A stretch of DNA of 64,000 nucleotides from Andalucia godoyi And28 (taxonomy: Eukaryota; Protista; Jakobida): positions 1 through 64,000 of the forward strand of contig VRVR01000010.1 in NCBI GenBank assembly GCA_009859145.1, read 5' to 3'. Position numbers and translations under genes: made by a program. Below are positions 29,749 through 39,738 of this stretch, piece after piece (the first letter of the stretch is position 1; every line of letters starts with the position of its first letter). The notes under the pieces are model-generated. The model ran no database searches, had not been told where the DNA came from, and was given only the letters and a program-made list of their open reading frames with translations.

Positions 29749-31146
29749 ATGGATGAAACTGTCTCGGGGCTTCATGCTCTGTCTGAGGCGTGGAGGATGC
29801 ATTCGATCAATTTGAAGTCGTATGTGTACACTGGGATCTGGTTGGTTTTTGATTCTTCATACTACGCATGGTTTGTCATGTTCCCCCGCATCAAGGATGA
29901 CCTGGGGTATTCGCAGACGGAAATGAACATTCTTGGCGGAATGATGTATTTTGGCTGCGGTATTTTGCAGATGGTACCTTCCTTGCTGGTGAATCGATTA
30001 AAGGACGGAAAGACGTATTCTGCGTGGGCGCTCACCCAAATGATTGTCATCGCGGAGCTTCTTATTACGCTGATTCTTGCCGGCGAACTTCCGTCGAGCA
30101 TTGTCTTTACTGCAGCACTGTTTTGCGTCTGCGGTGCGTTGTTTACAGCCTACTGCACTGCTCAACTTGGTAACTGCTTTGAAGTGCTATTCAAGACAGC
30201 GAAACATCCCGTCGCGGCATTTGGGGTTATGAATGCTCACTCTAGTGCACTGTTTGCATTCGTCTCGCTGCTGTTCATCGTCTATTACGTGTTTGTCGGT
30301 GTGAACACGGCGCTGTGGGTGACGTTTGCCTTGTTTACGAGTTGTGCTGCTGTATCCAGTGTCGTCCAAACGGTTTTCACGATAGTTCTGCTCCGTTACC
30401 AACGTACCGTTGGAGAAGAAAAACAAGAGAATATAAAAAAGGAACAGGATGCTCTTGTTGAATCCACTCCTGCACCACCGGTTGCGTATCTTGGTTTTGC
30501 AATGCTCTCGAGAGAACCCTTGTCGTACGTTGTGAGCGTGCTCTTCTTATTCTCTTTTGGCAACTGCGTGACGTTCTTTTCAAACTCGGGTGAGATTCTC
30601 TTGTCTGCGGGCGGCTCAAAGAGCGATTCCAACCGCATTGTTCTCGTCTTCGTTGCAGTTCAGCTCGTGGCACGCATTGCAAGTGCATACCTTGCAGGTC
30701 TTGGAGAAGACATTCGGAATGTTCTCAACGAGTACGTGCTGATTGGACTCACGAACTTCCTCATGGTCATCATCAGTCTGCTTGGAATCTTCTTTTGGGA
30801 CTCGATCCCTGTGTTTTATGTCAGTCTCGCACTGGACGGTCTCGCGTATGGACTGCTATGGCCCATAGTATTCTCAATCGCGAATACATCGTTTCCAAAA
30901 TATAAGTACGAAACTGTTACTTGCACAGTTGGAAACTTCACTGTCGGCATCGGCCCCTTGCTGTTCGGCCTGGTAACTGGAATGCTGTATGATCAGCATG
31001 CAGACTCGGAAACGCACGATTGCTACGGCCAGGAATGCTTCCGGGACTCGTACTACATTTCCTTGGCGACCTCTGCATTCACTGCGTTATTGGCATGGTT
31101 TGTGGCGCGGCCCCTGCATCGCCGCATGATCCAAAGTGACCAGTAG
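29749..31146 (+). CDS. MFS transporter, nodulin-like/MCH1 family
   Basis: About 12 hydrophobic helices; IKDDLGYSQTEMNILG, central loop, GLAYGLLWPIVFSI, GPLLFGLVTGMLYD...CYGQECFR. Confidence 0.85.
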   Translation: MDETVSGLHALSEAWRMHSINLKSYVYTGIWLVFDSSYYAWFVMFPRIKDDLGYSQTEMNILGGMMYFGCGILQMVPSLLVNRLKDGKTYSAWALTQMIVIAELLITLILAGELPSSIVFTAALFCVCGALFTAYCTAQLGNCFEVLFKTAKHPVAAFGVMNAHSSALFAFVSLLFIVYYVFVGVNTALWVTFALFTSCAAVSSVVQTVFTIVLLRYQRTVGEEKQENIKKEQDALVESTPAPPVAYLGFAMLSREPLSYVVSVLFLFSFGNCVTFFSNSGEILLSAGGSKSDSNRIVLVFVAVQLVARIASAYLAGLGEDIRNVLNEYVLIGLTNFLMVIISLLGIFFWDSIPVFYVSLALDGLAYGLLWPIVFSIANTSFPKYKYETVTCTVGNFTVGIGPLLFGLVTGMLYDQHADSETHDCYGQECFRDSYYISLATSAFTALLAWFVARPLHRRMIQSDQ

Positions 31147-31337
31147 AAAAAGTCGGGGATCGGAGAATGTTCTCGTTTGCCACCGCTGAATGTGTCACGA
31201 AAATAGACACGAAGGTCAGGCCGCACTTCTCTGAATACTGAGAAATTAACGACAAATTAATAATTAAAAAATTATTAAAAAGTAAATATAAAAAAACTGT
31301 ATATATAAAGAACACGGGCGATGAAAGAAAGATCTAT

Positions 31338-32504
31338 CTACCGATGCGAAGACGCTCCCGGAGCGACAGAGGAAGACGAAGTAGAGGGGGACAAAGCAGA
31401 GGGAGCCGGTGCGGAGGACGACGAAGCAGGGGGGTTGGAACTGTCAAGGCGACCATCTCTGCGATAATCTCTGTCACGGTGGTAATGCCGATCTGCGTCC
31501 CGATCTCTGTAATGGCCGTCTCTATCTCGTCCCGTATAGTCTCTTTCACCTCGATCGCGATCGCGCTCGCGCTCCCTATCTCGATAATACTCGCGCTCAC
31601 GATCACGATGATAATGGTCTCTCTCGCGATAATGGTCGCGCGAATCCCGATAGTCTCGATAATCACGATCTCGGTCTCGTCCGTAATCACGCACCTCTCT
31701 TCCACCATCCCGATCTCGCTCTCTCTCTCTATCCCGATCCCTGCTTCGATCTCTGTCTCTGTCTCTGTCTCTGTCTCTGTCTCTGTCTCGGTCTCGGTCT
31801 CTCATATCTCGATCTCTTTCCCGGTCCTTCTCCTTCTCTTTATCCCTTGGGTTTTCTTTTTCCCGGTCGGCCTCACGAGACATGATCATGGACCCATCCA
31901 CAGACCAGCTGGGAGTCCCAGACAGACCGGGTGTCGCGGGGAACATCGTAGAAGGTGGAGAATGAGAGGCATCGGAATGCCCAAACCCTACGCCAACCAT
32001 CGGCGAGTCTACAGACTCCCGATGTCCAAATGTTGTCCAAGGAGACGGTGCACCAAGAATACCAGACGCATGCAACGGGACACTTCCCGCAACCACCAAG
32101 TGGGAATTCTGCTGCTGGAATTGGTGCTCCTTTTCTTTTTGTTGCTGCTGCTTTGCACGATCTGCGTCTTCTTCTTTGCGCCGCCGGTCTTCCTCTGCAA
32201 GCACCAGTCGGAGAGTCGACAGTAATTCTCGCTTGGTACGTTGCATTTCTTGAAGACGCTGCTCAGCTGATTTCAAAAGCTCGGGATTCACAAGATCTGG
32301 TTTGTCGGACTCCGACTTCTTCGCAAGGACTGTAGGGACCACCTCGGACGCAGTAAGCGTATTCTCCATTGACGAGCCGTGGTGACGACGCAGGATCGCC
32401 TGCTGGAACGCCCGCAGACGATCGCCAGTCACATGCTCTAATGGAAGCTCCCAGTATCGAGAGTTTGCAGGATACAAACCGTACTCGCCACGACTGGAAC
32501 GCAT
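31338..32504 (-). CDS. Hypothetical protein with a coiled coil and a long RD/RE mixed-charge tract
   Basis: ATG-initiated 388-aa ORF; (DR)n/(ER)n and RDY repeats typical of nuclear-speckle/RNA-processing proteins. Confidence 0.7.
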   Translation of the reverse strand: MRSSRGEYGLYPANSRYWELPLEHVTGDRLRAFQQAILRRHHGSSMENTLTASEVVPTVLAKKSESDKPDLVNPELLKSAEQRLQEMQRTKRELLSTLRLVLAEEDRRRKEEDADRAKQQQQKEKEHQFQQQNSHLVVAGSVPLHASGILGAPSPWTTFGHRESVDSPMVGVGFGHSDASHSPPSTMFPATPGLSGTPSWSVDGSMIMSREADREKENPRDKEKEKDRERDRDMRDRDRDRDRDRDRDRDRDRSRDRDRERERDRDGGREVRDYGRDRDRDYRDYRDSRDHYRERDHYHRDREREYYRDRERERDRDRGERDYTGRDRDGHYRDRDADRHYHRDRDYRRDGRLDSSNPPASSSSAPAPSALSPSTSSSSVAPGASSHR

Positions 32505-32676
32505 CGCAGTAGTTTAAATTTTTTAAATTAAATATATATAAAAAGAAAAAACTCTGTTTCAAACAAACATAAAAGGGAGATAAGAAAACCCAAAAGCCAG
32601 AACGGAAAAGAATGGGAAATGCAAAGGAAAATCGATCTGCTTGTTTTACGACCAATTCCGTGTATGTCAATGTTGG

Positions 32677-32723
<47 letters not shown>

Positions 32724-32807
32724 CTCAAACGGCATGCCAGTTGCCTGGTCTGTGGGGAATGGAGAACGGTGGAAAGCTTTCGGTTGATTGGTTCATACGG
32801 CGGTGAA

Positions 32808-34328
32808 TTAGAGAGCAGTAAAATGGTTTCGCAGAACAGCCATAAGTTCCTGGCTTTCTGCATGGGTTGGATGAATCGCAAGAACCTTGGTAATGTTTTT
32901 CCAAGCTTCGCCGAGGTTTCCTGATCGAAAATGAATGAGGGCAAGATTGAAATGGGCTTCAAAGCCGAACGGATTTGACTCGGCTGCGGATTCAAAGCAA
33001 GACCGTGCGGCGTCCGAATTGCCTCGACGAAGTTCCAAGACTCCAAGGTTCGTCAAAGCCTCGGCGTTCCCAGGATCCGACACTAATGCGACCTTGAACG
33101 CCTGGTACGCAAGCGTCAGGTCGCCAATACCAACCGCCACGACACCGACATTGTACCACGTATCGGACTCCGCAGACGGGTCGTCCTTTTCCGCGGCGAC
33201 TTGAAGCGCCCTTTCCAGACAAGAAATCGCAATATCATACTGGGATCCGTAGAAACACGACAAACCGAGATTGTTCCACAACTCCGGGGCGCACACGCCC
33301 ATGAGCAGCAGCCGCTGATACATCCGGATCGCAACTTCTGGAGCATCCGTGTAAAAATAGTGGGCAGCAAGGCACGCAAGCGCCTCTACATTGGAAGGGT
33401 CCAGATCGAGAACCCTCCGATAGAGCCTCACTGAATCCCCTCCTTCACCAACCAAGTCGTGGACTCGCGCCTGTCCTATCAGCAGATGCACGTCCCCAGA
33501 ATGTACCTCAAATCCCCGTTTGTAAATATCGATTGCGGCTCTCGGCTGGTCCAGCTTCATGTACGTCTTCGCAAGATCGAGATAGAGGACCGCCATATCC
33601 TGCTGCCGCAGCGCGCTTTTGAACTGCTTCTCTGCTTCTCGGAACAGTCCTAGCGCAAGATAACACCTTCCGAGCCTGCACTTCCACCACCAATCTTGGT
33701 AGTCTGAAGCAATCGTCGCCTGAGCTGCCAAATCCAGTGCCGCCCGAGCATTCTGGTCGTGCACGAGCAGGTATTCGCACAGCAGTTTCGCAAGCGCAGG
33801 CCGCTTGGCGTATTTTGAGAAATCCAGCCGAGAAGCATCAACAAATGCAGTCTGTAGCGACGCTGTTCCGAGTCGCACAAACCTCCCTGCAGACGCAGTT
33901 CCTAGCGGCCTGCTTGTCACCGGCCGCCCCGAAGCAGTTCCAAGTCGCGCCGCTGTTCCGGGCGCTCCACCTTGTGACTGCGTTCCAGGTCGTGCAAACC
34001 CAGTCAGTGGTCTTCCTCCCGTTAGCGGACGCATGGACGGGTTCATTCCAGATGACTTTGAGGTTCCGGGACGCTGAATAGAAGTCCCTGGACGAGGTGT
34101 CTGGGCAGTTCCAGGAGTGTCCAGCAGCGCATCCGCCAGAGTCGTGTCATCCACTTCGTGCTCATCAAACCACATTTTGCTCGTCATTGCTTTGCACTTC
34201 ACAGCCCACGCCTGCTGGTCCAGCGGATTCTTGTCAAGCAGCACTTCTGATTTCTGAATCGACGCGTCAAATCGACGGCGCCGAAGCAATGAAATGCTGT
34301 GAAAAAGTGGATCCAGTGTTTGTTTCAT
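32808..34328 (-). CDS. BBS8: BBSome subunit BBS8/TTC8
   Basis: RPGTS/RPLTG/RPVTS repeats, GRFVRLGTASL, YAKRPALAKLLCEY, DWWWKCRLGRCY, TPR array. Confidence 0.95.
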   Translation of the reverse strand: MKQTLDPLFHSISLLRRRRFDASIQKSEVLLDKNPLDQQAWAVKCKAMTSKMWFDEHEVDDTTLADALLDTPGTAQTPRPGTSIQRPGTSKSSGMNPSMRPLTGGRPLTGFARPGTQSQGGAPGTAARLGTASGRPVTSRPLGTASAGRFVRLGTASLQTAFVDASRLDFSKYAKRPALAKLLCEYLLVHDQNARAALDLAAQATIASDYQDWWWKCRLGRCYLALGLFREAEKQFKSALRQQDMAVLYLDLAKTYMKLDQPRAAIDIYKRGFEVHSGDVHLLIGQARVHDLVGEGGDSVRLYRRVLDLDPSNVEALACLAAHYFYTDAPEVAIRMYQRLLLMGVCAPELWNNLGLSCFYGSQYDIAISCLERALQVAAEKDDPSAESDTWYNVGVVAVGIGDLTLAYQAFKVALVSDPGNAEALTNLGVLELRRGNSDAARSCFESAAESNPFGFEAHFNLALIHFRSGNLGEAWKNITKVLAIHPTHAESQELMAVLRNHFTAL

Positions 34329-34368
34329 GGACTCCCTTCTTCGTCGTCGACTTCTTCACGTTTCTCTG

Positions 34369-34401
<33 letters not shown>

Positions 34402-34740
34402 TTGAATTCCGCCTTCTCTTTTCTCGACTCCAGTCCCTGCTTTTTGCACAATCCATACCTAAGTGAAACATATATAAACCCCAATTCAAAAATCCAGATT
34501 TCGTGTGTTTTTCCCCCACACCTTTGCTATCAGGGAAAAGCCGAATAGCTGTCGCTACGACAGGAGCAGGTACGAACTCAACCCAATTGCGGACCGAAAC
34601 AAAAACATTGCTCTACAGTCAGCTGCTGAGAATTTCCGATTTTCTGAATCTCTTGCGGACAGAGAGCAGTGTTGCGACTTGTGAGCGACAAAATAAACGA
34701 GTGAGTGAGTGAGTGGGAGAGAGAGAAAGAGTCTCGCACC

Positions 34741-35061
34741 ATGTCACTTGGACTGGGTCTTGGAATCCTGTCGGGTGGACTGATTGCAGCTGCGATGGGG
34801 TTGTCGTCCTATTTGTTCTCGTGGTCTCCGCTCGCCAGCCCAGCTCGCCATGGACTTCCTGCGGGGACTCTGCACCGATCCATCTCGTCGCCCGGGACGT
34901 TGCTTGATGCTCCGCTGCTTCATGACGACGAAGATGTGCGACTCCGGCCGGTGTCTGTCAACTCATACGTCTACATCTACCCCTCGGCAATGACCAATGA
35001 CGGCGTCACGGCTGCCATCATGATCGAAAACACCTCGGAACTCGCCACCGAAGGATACTGA
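34741..35061 (+). CDS. Small hypothetical protein with an N-terminal hydrophobic segment (106 aa)
   Basis: ATG at 34741, coding-like composition, hydrophobic N-terminus. Confidence 0.5.
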   Translation: MSLGLGLGILSGGLIAAAMGLSSYLFSWSPLASPARHGLPAGTLHRSISSPGTLLDAPLLHDDEDVRLRPVSVNSYVYIYPSAMTNDGVTAAIMIENTSELATEGY

Positions 35062-35406
35062 TGCGGGTGGGCAGTGGCGGCGAGGAACGATGGGGCTTGG
35101 CATTCACCACATACTGGGAAACATTTCCCATCACTTCGGGACCAAGTGCACCGCCATTCTGTATCAAGAGGGGGGCAAACACAAGTATCGCCCGCTCGTT
35201 GAAAGCTTTTCATTGTTGATTATCTCTTCTTTTTTCTTTTTTTCCGTGTTTTTCTCTTCTTCTTGTTTTCTGCTTCCCCGCTTCTCCCTTCTTCGGTTGT
35301 GCATTTTCGACGTCTGCTTTGTCCGACAGCAGTCGACTGATCATTCTTTGCAGTTCGCAGGTTGTGCTCCTCTGAAGAAGAATATACTTTGGAGTTTCGA
35401 CAAGAA

Positions 35407-35877
35407 ATGGCGGGCCCTTTGTCGTCGTCACCGTCGCTGCCGTCGTTGCGGTTGTTGCTGCTACAGATAGTCTTGTTCATTTTCTTGGCAACGGAAACTG
35501 TGTCTGGATGCGCGTTCCAGTGTCCGTCGATGATGGAAGTCGCGCAGCCTCGACTGGGATATGCTCCAGTGCCGAATGGGTGTGGCTCTGCTGGAATGGC
35601 GGTCAAGCATGCCCAGTTTGAGTTTACTGCGTGCTGCAACATCCATGACAACTGCTATGGAACCTGTACGAAATCAAAGAAGACCTGCGATGACGACTTT
35701 CGAGCATGCATGGTCAAGTACTGCGAAGCCCAGTTCAAGAAGAACCATCCGTTGCAACCCGAGTGCATCCAGACCGCAAACATGTATCACATGGCCACTG
35801 CCTTCATGGGCTGCAGCGCGTATCTCGACTCGCAAAAGGAGGCGTGTGAATGCGTCCTTCGTCATGACGAAGTGTAA
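35407..35877 (+). CDS. PLA2G12: Group XII secretory phospholipase A2-like
   Basis: Signal peptide; PNGCGS, CCNIHDNCYGTC (catalytic HD), CDDDFRACM, GCSAYLDSQKEACEC. Confidence 0.9.
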   Translation: MAGPLSSSPSLPSLRLLLLQIVLFIFLATETVSGCAFQCPSMMEVAQPRLGYAPVPNGCGSAGMAVKHAQFEFTACCNIHDNCYGTCTKSKKTCDDDFRACMVKYCEAQFKKNHPLQPECIQTANMYHMATAFMGCSAYLDSQKEACECVLRHDEV

Positions 35878-36065
35878 CATCGTGATTCGTGACGGCTCAT
35901 AATCTATGACAGGGAGAGTCCATGCGTAATTTTTCCCACTCTGATGACCAGTAATGAAACGTATTTATCAATTTTTTTAATTTTATTTATTTAATTAATT
36001 TTTTGGTTTTTAATTATTGTTGTCTTTTTTTTCTTTGTTTGTTTTTTGTAGTAGAGCAGTTGTTG

Positions 36066-36461
36066 TTATTCATAATAACAGCCAAAGACCATCACGTTGA
36101 CAAACATGGATGGCGTCTTTTGCGTGACGGAGACCGAGTTATCGTTTTCCTTGTCCCACAGACAGCGCGACGCCATGCGAACGCCCTGTCCTTTGAGCTG
36201 TCCGATGGTGGTCTGCACGACAAACTTGTAGTTTGGCAGATCAAGCTTCTTGAGCGCGTGCTGCACATCCCGGCTGATCTCCTTGCACACACCCGCCGCC
36301 TTGGATGCATCGTAATCCCTGCTCTTTGACAACTTTTCTTCAAGAACGGCAGAAACTGTGGAGCGGACAGGAGCTTGCGAAAACCGCTTTCCGTCCACTG
36401 GAGACATGCGATACGTGTTTTCATACACCTTGACGACTTGGGGCCTCAGATCGTCTTCCAT
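36066..36461 (-). CDS. TCTEX1D2: Tctex1-family dynein light chain (TCTEX1D2/DYNLT2B-like)
   Basis: YENTYRMSP, YKFVVQTTIGQLKGQGVRMASRCLWD, FGCYYE. Confidence 0.88.
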   Translation of the reverse strand: MEDDLRPQVVKVYENTYRMSPVDGKRFSQAPVRSTVSAVLEEKLSKSRDYDASKAAGVCKEISRDVQHALKKLDLPNYKFVVQTTIGQLKGQGVRMASRCLWDKENDNSVSVTQKTPSMFVNVMVFGCYYE

Positions 36462-37094
36462 TGTACCTCTCTTTTTCTTTCCTTCTCGGTTTTAATTTCT
36501 CGCACACTCTAAAAAAAAAAGCAAAGGAGGATTGGACTTGACGGGAGTTTGACGGGGCCGATAGATGGATGGATCTTATTTGGAAGAAATCGAAAACCAA
36601 GTGCTTGTTTATGCAGAAGAAAAACCTGTTGAATGGCAGAGGACCGAATATTTTCACGATTCCCAACGAACTTGCTGCTCGTTTGCTGCTGTTGTGTTTT
36701 GGAGGGAGGGGAGTCGAACATAAATTCGGGCCCGATTTTTAACGCAAACTCGCACGCACGCTGACAGACTGACATTGCCACTGTGACATGACAGTTCACG
36801 TTTTTCGCAAACCCAGAGCTTTGCTGCATTCCCAGGACCGTCTGTCAAATGCAGCTTCGTCATTTTTTGCAAAACACGTTTCACTCTGGTATTTCTTCCC
36901 TTTCTTTTTTCATTCTCTCCTGTTCCTTTCTTTGTTCCTTTTTCAGTATTACTCTTAATTGTTTCGCACGAGGCGTTCCGCAGATTGTAGAGCGTGCGTG
37001 GTCGTGTGTGAGCGAGTGTTTGTGTGCGAGTGAGTAAGTAAGTTGAGTGAGTAAGTGTAGAGGAAGAAAAAAAGAAGGAAAAAAGAAAAAGATA

Positions 37095-38024
37095 ATGCTG
37101 TCTTCTGTAACTCGTCGATTCCATTCTTCTGCAAAGGTGTTCGTGAATGCCAAGACCAAGGTTATTTGCCAAGGTTTCACCGGCAAGCAAGGCACATTCC
37201 ATTCGCAGCAGGCTCTCGAGTACGGCACTCGGATGGTGGGTGGTGTGACACCAGGAAAAGGAGGCTCTACTCATCTCGGACTTCCTGTTTTCAACTCGGT
37301 GATGGATGCCCGCAAAGCAACGGATTGCGATGCGTCGGTTATCTATGTGCCTCCTCCTTATGCCGCTGCGGCGATTGAAGAAGCCGTTGCTGCTGAAGTT
37401 CCGCTTGTTGTGTGCATCACAGAAGGAATTCCCCAGCACGACATGGTGCGCGTAAAGTCTGTCTTGCGCGATGCTGGTGGACGCACGAGGCTGATTGGAC
37501 CGAACTGCCCCGGAATCATCAAGCCTGGCGAGTGCAAGATCGGAATTATGCCTGGATACATCCACAAGAAGGGCCGCATTGGAATTGTGTCTCGCTCCGG
37601 CACCCTCACGTATGAGGCTGTTGCACAGACCACCGCTGCAGGTCTCGGACAGTCGACATGTGTCGGAATTGGAGGAGATCCATTCAACGGAACGAACTTT
37701 ATTGATGTGCTGGATCGCTTCCTCGTGGATCCCGAGACAGAGGGAATCATCATGATCGGAGAAATCGGAGGACAGGCAGAGGAGGAGGCCGCTCAGTTCC
37801 TGATTGACAAGAAGAACACGAAGCCCGTTGTAGGCTTCATTGCCGGAGTCACCGCACCACCAGGAAGACGAATGGGCCATGCAGGAGCAGTCATTTCGGG
37901 AGGAAAGGGAGACGCACAGACAAAGATGCGCGCCCTTAGAGACGCAGGAATCGAGGTTGTGAACTCGCCGGCCCAGATGGGTCGTGCGATGAAGCAGCTC
38001 TTTGAAAAGAAGGGAATGCTGTAA
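37095..38024 (+). CDS. SUCLG1: Succinyl-CoA ligase alpha subunit, mitochondrial
   Basis: Presequence MLSSVTRRF; [38 protein letters not shown] (phospho-His). Confidence 0.98.
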   Translation: MLSSVTRRFHSSAKVFVNAKTKVICQGFTGKQGTFHSQQALEYGTRMVGGVTPGKGGSTHLGLPVFNSVMDARKATDCDASVIYVPPPYAAAAIEEAVAAEVPLVVCITEGIPQHDMVRVKSVLRDAGGRTRLIGPNCPGIIKPGECKIGIMPGYIHKKGRIGIVSRSGTLTYEAVAQTTAAGLGQSTCVGIGGDPFNGTNFIDVLDRFLVDPETEGIIMIGEIGGQAEEEAAQFLIDKKNTKPVVGFIAGVTAPPGRRMGHAGAVISGGKGDAQTKMRALRDAGIEVVNSPAQMGRAMKQLFEKKGML

Positions 38025-38197
38025 AGAACGCGTATGATTTTGTTGCTTCCAATGATGACTTTTTCTCCTCTTGCTTTTTTGTCAGTTTCTGTCAACTTTT
38101 TTGTTTTTATTTATTTATTTTTGATGGTCGGCGCTGCAAGTGTCGTTGGTTTTGCGGTCTTTGTCCTGTACAATCGTGCTCATGAATAGAATGGGAC

Positions 38198-39556
38198 TCA
38201 AGACGACGGGTAGATTTCCGCAAAATGTTGTCTGACAAACTGGGTTTCGCGCTCAGACAGCACACGATGAAGTGCTGGATCCGTTACGAACTGGGTCCAT
38301 GGGACAAAAAAACATGCAACGAACGGCGGGATGAAAAATTTGCAGCCCCGGATAACAAAACACGAGAGGACAAGATTCATCCAGACCAGTGTGCGTTGCA
38401 ACGATGCGACGCTTACCATGCGTGCTCCTGGCGTCTGCTTGGTCAGGCTATCGTTCTTGAGCAGCTCGCTTCTGTGGAATCTGTCCAGAACAAGACACGA
38501 ATACGTAGACGCCATCACCGCAGACCCAAGGACGATGCGATGCCATGGAACCAAGATTCGCAGATTGCGGGTTCGAAACCATACGTAAGCAGCCGAGGCA
38601 AGCGACGCAAGGCCCGATCCCGCGTAGTCATAAAACGTATCGGGTAGCAGAACATTTCGATAAACAAGCGATGGAAAAACGGTTCGCGTGGTCATCAGCG
38701 TTCCTCGCTCGGTGTTGCTCTGTGATGCATCATGTCTTTTCTGCAAGTTCATTACGAGTGCCGCCAAGACAGCATCGGCGCTCTTGATGAGACTATCCTG
38801 ATATGGATTGCTGGAATCTGCTGGGAGATCGCTCGCCGCCTGCGCAATCCTCTGTTGAACAGGAAGAACCGTGGTCAAAAGCTGGTCACGCATCTGGAGC
38901 CGAATGTACGGTTCGCTGGTTCGTGCCAGAATGGAGAACGTCGCTGCCAAGCACAGCAACGCTCGTGGATCTGCGGATGTAGAGGGGTCATTGAGACACC
39001 CAGAATTGGAAGCCAGCTTGCTGAACACGGATGTCATTTTGTTCTGCAGGAAATCCGAGTCCACGAGCAGTCTCTGGAATTCTGGAAGCGAAATCACAGC
39101 ATCCAGATAGCGCACATGGAGATCCATTCCAAGATTGCTCAAAAACACTGTGCTTTCCCAAAACTCGGGTTTTGAAAACAGATCCATGACGACCTCGGGG
39201 ATTGCAGGCACATCTGATAGCACACCTTCCCACAGAAACCGACGGTACGACACGGAAATGTCGTTCCGGTTCATTTCCCGAACCAGCGACTCGATGATCC
39301 AGTCCCATGGACCCGTCTCGGCAAGCACAACTCCTTCCTCAAGGTGCTGAAACAGGCCATCAAATGCCTGTTTCCGAACGGATTCATCAGCAGGACTGCT
39401 TGTGGATCGCTGTTGAACATCTGCAATTCGCTGAAGAACCGTCGCGGCATTCTTTGCCTCCTCAACATTGAACCAAAACGTCGATCCAACTACTCCGACT
39501 GCACAGCAAATCGGAACAAAGAACCTCGGCCGCAGCGAATTCAATCTACCAGCCAT
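38198..39556 (-). CDS. Hypothetical membrane protein, possibly mitochondrial
   Basis: 452-aa ATG ORF; Arg-rich N-terminus plus hydrophobic segment, helical core, 3-4 C-terminal hydrophobic segments. Confidence 0.65.
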   Translation of the reverse strand: MAGRLNSLRPRFFVPICCAVGVVGSTFWFNVEEAKNAATVLQRIADVQQRSTSSPADESVRKQAFDGLFQHLEEGVVLAETGPWDWIIESLVREMNRNDISVSYRRFLWEGVLSDVPAIPEVVMDLFSKPEFWESTVFLSNLGMDLHVRYLDAVISLPEFQRLLVDSDFLQNKMTSVFSKLASNSGCLNDPSTSADPRALLCLAATFSILARTSEPYIRLQMRDQLLTTVLPVQQRIAQAASDLPADSSNPYQDSLIKSADAVLAALVMNLQKRHDASQSNTERGTLMTTRTVFPSLVYRNVLLPDTFYDYAGSGLASLASAAYVWFRTRNLRILVPWHRIVLGSAVMASTYSCLVLDRFHRSELLKNDSLTKQTPGARMVSVASLQRTLVWMNLVLSCFVIRGCKFFIPPFVACFFVPWTQFVTDPALHRVLSERETQFVRQHFAEIYPSS

Positions 39557-39738
39557 TCTCTCCTTCTTCTTCTCCTCTTCTTCTTCTTCTTCTTCTTCTT
39601 CTTCTTCTTCTTCTTCTTCTTCTTTTTTTGTTTTGTTTTGTTGTGTTTTGTATCATTCTGTACACGACACTTTACGGGAACTTTGGGAATACAGTGATGT
39701 CCGTGGCGTGTGCGACTGTAGGACGTCACTACGGCAGC

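Noticed and set aside
31344-32225. 293-aa plus-strand ORF, and similar antisense ORFs over ArgRS, CMTR2, SMG7 and others
   Set aside because: Antisense shadows of real genes or repeats.
37095-38024. Succinyl-CoA ligase alpha as a member of the PHB cluster (via the SCOT cycle)
   Set aside because: Universal TCA gene separated from bdhA by two unrelated genes; proximity is plausibly chance.
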